Under the pieces are notes generated by a model, which ran no database searches, had not been told where the DNA came from, and saw only the letters and a program-made list of their open reading frames with translations. Below are positions 38,901 through 48,062 of a stretch of 64,000 nucleotides of DNA, piece by piece (positions within the stretch are counted from its first letter, which is position 1; every line of letters starts with the position of its first letter). Source of the DNA: Octopus vulgaris (lineage: Eukaryota); NCBI GenBank assembly GCA_951406725.2, contig OX597839.1:29636001-29700000 (forward strand). The letters are read 5' to 3'. Both the position numbers and the translations under genes were made by a program.

Positions 38901-41900
38901 CCTGTAGACATATGATCAAAAGTATTTCCAGTTGTGACCATTCCAATTTGTTTTTATACCAAGAACTAATACAGATTCCTATGTATCCTGTTTTGATGCA
39001 GGGATATGATATGGCTTTGGCTTCTATTTCTAGCAGGTTTAGTGACCAAGTAAAGCAGTTACAAACAGCCTTTTTTCAAGAAGCTGGCTGCATGGGACAT
39101 GGCTTTTCAAGCAGGCCACACGACTAAACAAAATATTCCCTTGCTTCTACCATTCACAGAAGCCCTGAAAAGGATCACAAAGGCAGTCCCTCCCTCCAGT
39201 CATGGGAGCACTAAAATTGTTAACTGGCATCACCCTTCTTCCCTTCACTCACTGAGCGGCCCTAAGATGGGTCACAGACACTGCCCTTCCTCTCTCCTGT
39301 CACTGAGGCCCTAAATAGGAGAGTAGGTGTTGTCCTTCTTCCCTCCTGTCAGTGAGTAATTTTTCCTTAGGCATGTCATTCAGAAAGTCCTGTGAGCTGC
39401 AGTTCACCAATGACTCTCGTTGAGCCTCCCTCGTTGCCTTGACTTTGGAGTTGTTCTGGCTGGTGTAGACGATGTTTTGCTTTCATTTATTAGGTTCTCT
39501 TCCAAACTGCAATCAATATGACAAACCAGGATGGCTGATGGTGATCAGGACATCTTTTCTAAAAAATATTGGTCTTGCAAAATTTGGATGCTGTATTGCT
39601 TAACCCTTTAGTATTTAAACCGGCCATATCCGGCCAAAATATTTAATCTGTTTTATGTTCAAACTGACCAGATCCAGGCTCTCACACCTACCCTACAATG
39701 TTATTCTACATTAAGTAATTACACCATCAAGATCTTGAAGATATAGGATAATGCATGATCAATTCAGATCAATAAGCATTATGTTTGATTGAATAATCAG
39801 AACACTAAAGGGTTAAACAGCCCAACTTTCTGCCATGTTGACTGAGAAAAGAGCCACATGGGTTTACAATTGTTGTTTGTCACCATCTCATTATTTAACA
39901 TCTGTTTTCCATGCTGGCATGGGTTGGATGGTTTGACAGGAGCTGGCAAACCAGAGGGCTACACAAAGCCCCAGTCATCTGTTTTGGCATGATGCCCTTC
40001 CTAAAGCCAACCTCTTTATAGAGTGTACTGGGCTTTGGCACAGTTCCTCTATTTTGTGGCATGGCATGGATGCATTTTTACATGGCTTTAGCACAGTTCC
40101 TCTATTATGTGGCATGGCACGGATGCTCTTCATGTGGTACTGGCACGGATGCTCTTCATGTGGTACTGGCACGGATGCTCTTCATGTGGTACTGGCACGG
40201 ATGCTCTTCATGTGGTACTGGCACGGATGCTCTTCATGTGGTACTGGCACGGATGCTCTTCATGTGGTACTGGCACTGGTGCTCTTTGCAATGATGATGA
40301 TGATGCTTGTTTTTCTCTGACCTCAGTTTGTTTTATTTGTTTTATATTTGCAGAGTTTACAATGGAAGCTTCAACAGAAGAACTCTGAAATTGAGTCTGT
40401 TCGTCACCAATTGACTCTGTCTGAAGAACGACATGACCTGGAACAGGAGAATCTGAAAAAGACTCTACAGGTATTCTCTCCAACTGTCCTTTAGTTTAGT
40501 TTGGATAAATAACCTATAGATATGATACCTAGCATCACTATATCCCTGTTTCACTCATTCTCTCTCCCACTTGTTTTCCAACCCCTGCTCCCTTTTTTCT
40601 CTTTCTTTTCCTATATATATATATAAAGACAGACAAATATAAAAGATATATATATATATATATTTGTTTTTATTTTCAGATACTATAAAAACAATTTTAC
40701 TTTGATCTGATGTGTTACTCTTTACTTTTGTTGAGCACAAATTTATTCTTCTTAAACAAGAATATTGTTGACAGTGACTTTGAAGTTTTAGCTAGTTAAG
40801 CCAGCCCAGCAATGGTTTAACTGGCTGAAACTTTGAAGTAACTCTCATTAATATTATCTTTTCTCCCTTCATTCACTGAGGCCCTAAAAAGGGTCACAAA
40901 CACTGCCCTTCCTCTCTCCTGTCACTGAGGCCCTAAATAGGAGTGTTGGTGTTCCCCTTCTTTGCTTCCATCACTGAGACCCTGAAAAGGATCATAAGCA
41001 CTTTTCCTCATCCCTACACTCACTAAGCCCCTAAATCAGGAAGAACAGCAACCATGACTCTGTAAAGGGTCACAGTTGTTGCTCCTCTGAGTAAGACTAT
41101 AAAATAAATAAAAACAAAAAAAATCTGTTTTCTTGTAATTCTTAGAACAACCAGCAAGAACTGGAGGCCCTCCGTGGTGAACTGAAAGCCTCACGCCAAG
41201 AAAAGTTGAACCAACAGGCCAAAGTGGCTGAATTAAGGAGTGCCCTTAAGACCTCAATCCATCAACATAAGGTCAGAAAACTTTTTTTCTGCTGTTTGTT
41301 TTGATTTTTGTTGTTCTGTATGTTTATTTTTATTGTTTGTTGCTATTTTTCTTTTTATTTTAATTTTGGTCATATATGTGTGTGTGTGTGTGTGTATTGG
41401 TGGTTAAGGTGTTCAGCTCATGGTTATTAGGTTGTGATTTCAATTCCTGAAGCAGGCGATGCTTTGTGTTCTTGAGCAAAACACTTCATTTCATGTTGCC
41501 CCAGTCCACTCAGCTGCTAAAAAAGAGTAATCCTGCAATGGACAGTCATCCTGTCCAGGAACGAATATATGTATACACCAGAGAAATCAGGAAACCGGCC
41601 CTATACTCCTTACAGAGTAATGTGGACTAACCATACCTGTGTGTATACCTGTGTGTCTGTCTGCAGGTGTATGTGTGTATGTATCTGCTTGCATGTGTGT
41701 GTATCTGTTTGAAAGTGTCAGCATCTTTGTGTTTTTGTGTATGAGAGTTAACTGCCATATCCATGGAAACCACTGAGCCCCCTCCCCCCCCCCCACATAC
41801 CTTTTCAGCTAGTTGTCTGATGTCCATGTTGACCCCACCCCCATTCCACCTTTACTGTCTGTTCTGTACAGTGGTTGTGCTGCTTGTTGCTTAGTCCCTG

Positions 41901-44040
41901 GTCACTCCATCTTTCCACAGGAATATCTTGGACTCAGTTCATAATGTGCCAAACCTACAGATGCCACCAATCAAAGACTTTCATACCAAAGTCTGAAGAT
42001 TCATTATTTTTCTTGGGATAGCTACAGCAGTGGTTTCTCATTGCTTTCCCTCATTTAACCTGCTAGTTTCCAGCTCTCTCAAGTTTATTCTTGAAGCACA
42101 GGTCCTTATTTAACCCTTAGATGAGGGTTACTAGTTCCTTAGACATCAGGGCATCTTCACCCTCTGGTAGACCTGCCTGATACATGACAGAGGCTAGTCC
42201 TCCGCCAACTCGTGTATGTCTTAGCCAAAAATCCATCTTCTGCAAACTGGCTTTTTACCGGGGCTTTTGACAAGTTCTACTGCTCTCGAGCAGAGCCTAC
42301 CTGGGAATAGTGGTAATTAAGGGTTATCTCTATGCTCCCTAAAATTCTGAAATCCTTGGTTAGAGCCTCATTGCTGGATGTGGTTTAAGGTCATGTCCAG
42401 GACAAAGTCTGTGACTACTTTAGGCAAGGAGTCCTTTCCTTATTTTCATACAGAGTGTAATTTGAAGATTTGATTTCTATCTTGTGACTGAATTTGCCTC
42501 ACAAAACTGTATGGAAGCTTGTTGACTATATGTGTGCATATATGTGTACGTGTTTGGCCCCACCACTTGACAACTGGTGTTGGTTTGTTTATGTCCCCAT
42601 AACTTAATCGCTCAACCAAAAGACATCAATAGAATAAGTACTAGAATTTGAAGACAAATAAGTATTGGTGTCAGTTTGAGTAGAATTTTCAAAGAGATGC
42701 TCCAACATGGCCACAGTCCAATGACTGGATAAATATCTTGGAGAAATAATTACTTTGTTAGATTGATGAATCTATTTCTGTTTTTTTACTTTTAAATTCA
42801 TATTTTGTCTTCTTTTCTCTGATTGCAACCAGATCTCCAAAAAGGTTTCATCCAAATTAAAAGGCTCCCCCAAGAGGACCTTAGTTAACAGTGAAAACCT
42901 GACGGCAGAAGAAGCCAGCATTGAACCTGAATCAATGCAGCCTGTAACCGAAGGAGCTTGCTCTCCGAACTGTCGAGACGTCGGGACACAAATGGATGAA
43001 GATAGCAAGGAGACCCTATTGGCGACGGTCGGTGAACCATTTGACATCGAAGCCTTGGAACAGCTATTGCAGGACACAACAGTCCAAGCTCTGGAAAGCA
43101 AGTAAGTAACTTATGGTTACAGTGTGTATGTGATGTGACTGTACTAGTGTTGTCTGTGTGACTGAGTCATGTGATAGCGTATAAGCTACATGTTGTAATG
43201 TAAGTGAAAGAGACTGTAATTGAAAATATCTACGTCTACCATTACTACTCCATGAATATGTTATCTCTTACAGACCATTGGATGACTTGCAGTCCTGCCT
43301 GAGTAGTCTTCGAGCTCAAATCTCCGGACTAGAGAAGCAGATCGATGATCATTCAGCAGCTATTCAGAATTCTGGTGAAACCTGGAGGTCAGTCTATTTG
43401 TAGTTCTGTCATATTTCTCAGCTTTTATAGAACTTGGAAGCAGAATGTTATTACGTAGATTATAAATACCTGATACTTCTACATATTATGTATGGTGCCA
43501 GCAAGAGAAAGAATTACCTTGGCTTCATGGAAGCTAATGAGGCCCAACAAGATTGAAATAGTGATGTATTGATTGTCAAGTTCATTTGTTCTGTTGAGAG
43601 AATTTTATAGTTTTACATATGTTTTGTGCATTGAGACTGAAATATGCCTTATCTAACACAACAAATTCATTTGCTGTATTGTGTATTATAAATAATTTTT
43701 TGGTTTGCCCATACTGCTAAATCTACACCCCCAGATGAGCAATTCAGTCTTAGAGCTGTTACTGGGATAGCCTAGAGTATGGGATATTCCAGAAACAGTT
43801 TTAACACTTTGAATTTTTTTTCCAATAATAATAATATTGTATATGACTTGAGATGTTTGCTCTGTCTTAACATTTGTTGTCCTCTTAAACAATTATATAT
43901 CTGCTATATCGGAAATCTGCACTGGCTCCATAACTACCATCTCGGCATTAACCTTGGGGCCCTAGTAATCCGTTACAGCACTTACCTAGTGTACCTAGTC
44001 GTTTAGATCACCTGTGAACTAAAACCCCCATATTTTGTGC

Positions 44041-44073
<33 letters not shown>

Positions 44074-46025
44074 CATGTTTAATATTGACTGCTGGAAGAA
44101 AAATTAGTCAACACCATAATAGAGGTTTGATAATATTTATATTTTTGGCCAGTCAGTCTTTTGCTTCTTTGAGTTACATATCTGGATGCAGAGGTTCTTC
44201 AGGTAAGTTATAGCTATATTCTTTGATGTTCTCTCAGTCCTAACTTGCCTGTAGTCCCTGTGTACCCACAAAGCACCCATGCTGGTGCCACATATAAAGT
44301 ACCTGAGCTGGTTCCACGTAAAGAGCATCCAGTACATTCTATAAAGCGGTTGATATCAGGAAGAGCGTCCAGCCGTAGAAACCATGCCACAACAAACAAT
44401 TCCAGCCTGGTGCAGCTCTCTCACTTGCCAGTGTCTCTCCAACAATCCAACTCATGCCAACATGGAAAACGGATGTTAAATGAGGATCATCATGACTCTG
44501 GTATCTTATACTCTTTCTTCCAGGAGTCAACATCTAACATATATACGTATATACTGGGTCATCCCATAAATAATGCACTTTTTCTATCCTTCTTTCTATT
44601 TTTCAAAATTAAGATAAACAGAGTTATTTTTTAATCTAAAACATACCCTCCTTCATTTTCCACAATGCTCTTCCATCTATCTAGTAGACTTGCAAGGCTT
44701 CTCTTCCAAAACTCACTGGTCCATCATGAAAAATACTCCTCATACTGTTCTGATCTTGTCTGCAGAATTCATATTTTCTCCATCCAAATGATTTTGAAGA
44801 CTGCGGAATAACTGATGGAGCAATTCCTGGCAAATATGGTGGGTGGGACATTGTTTCCCATTCAAACTGCTCCATCCTTTGGGATGTCATCCTCACTGTA
44901 TGTAGCCAAGCATTATCTTGATGGAAGGAAAACCTTTTGTCTTGAAACCAAAGATAGTTGTTTTCAGATGCCATGAATGGTAAATGACCAAATCTAAGCT
45001 TCTCTGGTAGTTCCTTAACAGTCATGATGGGATTTTGTTTCTCCAGGGTTTGTAGGACATCCTCGTCGAGCTCTACAGATCTTCCAAGATGAGACTCATC
45101 CTCTAGGCTGTAGTTTCCGGCTCAGAATTTCTGGAACTACCCTTGATACAGGCTTATGCTTATTGTCCGATCCCCATATACTGCATTGATATTCCTCTCA
45201 CTTTCCATTCCATTGTTGCCTTTATTGAACTCATAAAGCAAAATATGCCAAATATGCTCCTGTGTCACTTCCATTATAGCTTTGAAAAAATAACTGTTAA
45301 AATCAAACTGCACTCTTCAAAACTTGCACTAAGAATAAGGACAAAGTAAAATTACTACCTGCTTTTATAGCAAGTTGATGCAGGTAGTTTATCCCATCCC
45401 CCTCCGACTTTTAGTTCAAGCTATTGAAAAAACCGCATTATTTATGGGATGACCCTCTATATACATATATTTATATATATACATTTAAATATTTGTTGTG
45501 CAAGATTTTTTATGTGAAGTCGTGTGTTGAAACAGATATTGTTATATTTTGGAATGGTCATTTTGCCAGTTTAGCCAATAAAAACACACGCACTAATATT
45601 TTGGTGTTATTTTGCTTCAGTGATATTTATTTTTTACATTAATCTTAATCTTATTTCGGCCAAAGTTCTTTCGTCACACTCCTGTGACCGCATCAGTGGT
45701 CCTTTGTTTTCTTCTTTCTTATTTGTGTCTCTCCTTACTAACCGTCAGCCATTTTGTAGTACAAAATGGCTGACGGTTAGTAAGGAGAGACACAAGTAAG
45801 TGAGAAGAAAACAAAGGACCACTGATGCGGTCACAGGAGTGTGACGAAAGAACTCTGGCCGAAATATGATTAAGATTAATGTAAAAAATAAATAACACTG
45901 AAGCAAAATAACACCAAATATATAGTGCGTGTGTTTTTATTGGCTAAACTGGCAAAATGACCATTCCGAAATATAACAATATATATATATATATATATAT
46001 ACATATATTTATATATACATATATT

Positions 46026-46076
<51 letters not shown>

Positions 46077-46817
46077 CAGCGTGGAAGGTGTTTATAAGCC
46101 ATTTAAGAAACACACAAAAGCCGTTCGATTCACTTCAACATTTAAGTTTAATTTGTCAAAATATTTTCGTCGCTAAAATCTGCGACCTGTTCACTGACAA
46201 AAATCCGTGCTGCATCTGAGAAAGTAACAGTTAGTTCGTCATATATATGTATGTATGTATGTGTGTATGTATGTATGCATGTACGTACATACATACATAC
46301 ACACATGTATACCTACATACACACATACATACGTACATATATATGACGAACTAACTGTTACTTTCTCAGATGCAGCACGGACTTTGTCAGTGAACAGGTC
46401 GCGGATTTTAGCGACGAAAATATTTTGACAAATTAAACTTAAATGTTGAAGTGAATCGAACGGCTTTTTGTGTTTCTTAAATGGCTTATAAACACCTTCC
46501 ACACTGCAATTGTTTTCGTTCCAGCACACGATCTCAGATCAAATTACTTGCTATGCGAGTACATCTCCGTAATATATATATATATATATAGGCATTATTA
46601 AATCTCAGAATGAGATTGAAACAGTAATCGCTCGATAATGTAAAGTATAGAAGCCATCATAACATGGCTAACCACATAGGGGAGGGGGTGTTACTGTAGC
46701 TTTATAGCCCCAGGAGATCGTCGTCTCTAGCTGGCTTTAGACACCATTTCAGTGCCCTTGAAGTATTTGCAAAGGGAGGCCATCCCTTCCTCGCGAGGAA
46801 GGGATGGCCTCCCTTTG

Positions 46818-46864
<47 letters not shown>

Positions 46865-47084
46865 AAAAATGTTACGTATTTTTCGTACTGACTTTATTAA
46901 ATTTGTTTTCTGCAGTGTTGTGTAACAGGGTTCTTTTCAAGATCTCTTTTCCTTTTCTCCTATTTACAGGGATGTCGAAACACAAGTTGTTGAACTCCAA
47001 CAAGTGGTGCAAACTGTAACCAACACAACGTCCTGCCCGACGCTAACCACTACCGTGGCAGACACTTCAGAAGCAACCTATTGA
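22035..47084 (+). CDS. GOLGA3: Golgin subfamily A member 3 (golgin-160)-like gene; join(22035..22212,22525..22748,24474..24708,26791..26945,28628..29572,31599..32633,33137..34051,34508..34742,37196..37410,38096..38374,40354..40470,41146..41271,42833..43101,43274..43387,46970..47084), ~1718 aa
   Basis: All 14 introns are GT..AG and phase-compatible; the total is 5157 nt ending in TGA. Ser/acidic low-complexity head followed by a very long coiled coil. Golgin-160-like motifs: VLKEKAKLEGQLE..QERAELQAQ, KQWYHEQL, LENIQADMLERE, LEKERGRLTGLQQSN..LEEALARRE, SLQWKLQQK, KPLDDLQSCLSSLRAQISGLEKQIDDH. The start codon is less certain than the body. Confidence 0.88.
22525..22748 (+). CDS. GOLGA3: GOLGA3 exon 2 (ETVKRNPVEQ...DISTLIK)
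   Basis: tttgcag acceptor, aag|gtgaac donor, open frame, phases 1/0 match neighbours. Confidence 0.65.
23580..23960 (+). mobile_element. Highly decayed RTE LINE fragment
   Basis: Patchy similarity to 9600-9950 (gtagttgataac.., aagactagaaagaaatg.., ctactggatgtgt). Confidence 0.5.
24474..24708 (+). CDS. GOLGA3: GOLGA3 exon 3 (VSAITKTVNSQLRS...LQWSVI)
   Basis: ttgtag acceptor, g|gtgagt donor, phases 0/1. Confidence 0.72.
25883..26155. repeat. 51-bp minisatellite, ~5.3 near-identical copies, inside a minus-strand RTE 3' fragment
   Basis: Unit ggtgctttttatatgccagtcagttggcactggcatcagccacacttgaat. Confidence 0.95.
26791..26945 (+). CDS. GOLGA3: GOLGA3 exon 4 (DKNVTPASPEVVAQIVAEAEKRLK...DIPQ)
   Basis: ctttcag acceptor, cag|gtata donor, phases 1/0. 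Confidence 0.78.
27230..27607 (+). mobile_element. 400-bp-family SINE, preceded by a decayed copy at ~26975-27200
   Basis: ggttcagtcccaccttgggcaag...gaaacaagtaaaagataaaag. Confidence 0.75.
28628..29572 (+). CDS. GOLGA3: GOLGA3 exon 5 (Ser-rich head domain)
   Basis: 945-nt open exon within ORF 28670..29776; tttcag acceptor, aag|gtag donor. Confidence 0.85.
31599..32633 (+). CDS. GOLGA3: GOLGA3 exon 6 (start of coiled coil)
   Basis: (CT)n-cag acceptor, aag|gtagga donor; golgin-160-like coiled-coil motifs. Confidence 0.92.
33137..34051 (+). CDS. GOLGA3: GOLGA3 exon 7 (coiled coil)
   Basis: ccag acceptor, cag|gtaaga donor, 915 nt, E/K/Q/L-rich. Confidence 0.92.
34508..34742 (+). CDS. GOLGA3: GOLGA3 exon 8
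   Basis: tttcag acceptor, g|gtcagg donor; ends LELEKERGRLT. Confidence 0.88.
36720..37140 (+). mobile_element. Two head-to-tail 220-bp-family SINEs directly upstream of exon 9
   Basis: Two taaggc..ggccttgt units. Confidence 0.7.
37196..37410 (+). CDS. GOLGA3: GOLGA3 exon 9
   Basis: Long pyrimidine tract + aag acceptor, cag|gtcagt donor; GLQQSNTTLKNHVAELEEALARRE. Confidence 0.88.
38096..38374 (+). CDS. GOLGA3: GOLGA3 exon 10
   Basis: ttgcag acceptor, gag|gtaagg donor; ends NPVILEQLE. Confidence 0.88.
39604..39812. mobile_element. 209-bp piggyBac-type MITE
   Basis: ttaa|CCCTTTAGT ... ACTAAAGGG|ttaa: TIR plus TTAA target duplication. Confidence 0.8.
40115..40276. repeat. 26-bp minisatellite, 6 perfect copies
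   Basis: Unit tggcacggatgctcttcatgtggtac, within an RTE-3'-derived fragment. Confidence 0.95.
40354..40470 (+). CDS. GOLGA3: GOLGA3 exon 11 (SLQWKLQQKNSEIESVRHQL...)
   Basis: tttgcag acceptor, cag|gtattc donor, 117 nt; below the ORF-track threshold. Confidence 0.87.
41146..41271 (+). CDS. GOLGA3: GOLGA3 exon 12 (NNQQELEALRGELKASRQEK...QHK)
   Basis: cttag acceptor, aag|gtcaga donor, 126 nt. Confidence 0.87.
42833..43101 (+). CDS. GOLGA3: GOLGA3 exon 13 (ISKKVSSKLK...FDIEALEQLLQD...ES)
   Basis: ccag acceptor, aa|gtaagt donor, phases 0/2. Confidence 0.85.
43274..43387 (+). CDS. GOLGA3: GOLGA3 exon 14 (PLDDLQSCLSSLRAQISGLEKQIDDH...ETW)
   Basis: ttacag acceptor, ag|gtcagt donor; conserved golgin-160 C-terminal helix. 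Confidence 0.88.
44554..45457 (-). mobile_element. Internally deleted mariner (Tc1/mariner) transposon
   Basis: TIRs gggtcatcccataaataatgc / gcattatttatgggatgaccc with TA flanks; transposase remnant FHQDNAWLHT..WETMSHPPYLPGIAPS (cf. HPPYSPDLAPSD). Confidence 0.9.
45537..45981. mobile_element. Near-perfect ~445-bp palindrome (inverted PLE pLTR pair) between (TA)n tracts
   Basis: Centre ccattttgta-g-tacaaaatgg at ~45759; arms ~222 bp. Confidence 0.9.
45816..45860 (+). ncRNA. Hammerhead-like motif with atypical core (CTGATGC-G)
   Basis: CCA-CTGATGC-G-GTCAC-aggagt-GTGAC-GAAA-G-aa-CT-C-TGG; A9 replaced by C. Confidence 0.45.
46074..46509. mobile_element. Inverted pLTR-like pair (~170-bp arms) separated by a self-complementary TATG/CATA microsatellite
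   Basis: 46074-46248 is the reverse complement of ~46336-46509; flanked by (TA)n. Confidence 0.9.
46383..46432 (+). ncRNA. Type I hammerhead ribozyme motif with G3:C8 core
   Basis: TTTGTCA-GTGAACA-G-GTCGC-ggatttta-GCGAC-GAA-AATATT-T-TGACAAA; second copy on the minus strand at 46152-46201. Confidence 0.65.
46764..46823. repeat. Perfect 60-bp palindrome with no loop, adjoining (TA)n
   Basis: tatttgcaaagggaggccatcccttcctcg|cgaggaagggatggcctccctttgcaaata. Confidence 0.95.
46970..47084 (+). CDS. GOLGA3: GOLGA3 terminal coding exon (DVETQVVELQQVVQ...EATY*)
   Basis: Strong pyrimidine tract + ttacag, phase 2 matches exon 14, TGA at 47082-47084. Confidence 0.8.
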
Positions 47085-47691
47085 ACGCAGAGTGTGCAGC
47101 CAGTTATTATTATTACTATCATCGTCATTATTGCATTATGTGGTGCACCAGTTCCTGCTGGGTCTAACTGGATCTCTGTAGCACCCTCGTTTACTTATCT
47201 TTCAATTATTGCTTTATTTTGGCAACAATTCTGAAATCAAGAACACAAGATCCTTCATTTATTACAGTTGGAGGAAAACAAAGGAAAGAAAAGTATTATT
47301 ATTATTAACAATATACATACATGTGTGTATATACATATATATATATGTATGTATTGCTTTGTTGTTCTGGATGTGTCCAGTGGGATGTAGGGTTTGGTCT
47401 TCGTTAAAACTTTTTATCGTTATGTTTTGGTTAATTAGTTCCTTCTGCTATCTCCTGCAGTATTCTGCATGTCTTTACAGAATCTTTCTTGGCTGCGTGT
47501 GTATGATTTTGTGTATATATGTAAGTGTATATATATATTAAATATGTGTGTATCTTTGTAAACCAATACATGTATATGTGTGTGCATATCTGAATATATA
47601 TGTATATATTTATGTATGTATGTGTGTCTGTGTATATATATCTGTTGAATACCAACTTATACATTCTTTTTACAAATTGGCTTATATATAT

Positions 47692-47727
<36 letters not shown>

Positions 47728-47946
47728 GTCATAAATGACAGAAATATTTTGATGAACTTTTATTTAACAATAAGAAAAAGCCTAATATCATGACAAATTG
47801 TTTCATAACTTTATACACTCCTTATTCTTTTCTCATGTATATTACTATATATTTTATATGGTTTGTACAATGATACATTAAGGAGCTTTTTTATGTGTAG
47901 CACCAGATTACTTGAATCCATATATTGTGACTTGAAATATATATGT

Positions 47947-48062
47947 CATTTAATGTGCACAATATAAAGATAAGAGTTAATATTAGTTTCTTGCTGTGAA
48001 GACACGTGTCATGGCAAGAAACTATTGGTAGCTTTTATCTTTACTGTGTATACATTAAATGA
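47947..48062. repeat. Imperfect ~115-nt hairpin downstream of the GOLGA3 stop
   Basis: tcatttaatgt..taaagataagag..tagtttcttgc pairs with gcaagaaacta..cttttatcttta..acattaaatga. Confidence 0.8.

Noticed and set aside
40054-40388. Repetitive ORFs and a CRISPR-like appearance
   Set aside because: A contiguous 26-bp tandem repeat with no spacers, in eukaryotic DNA with no cas genes.
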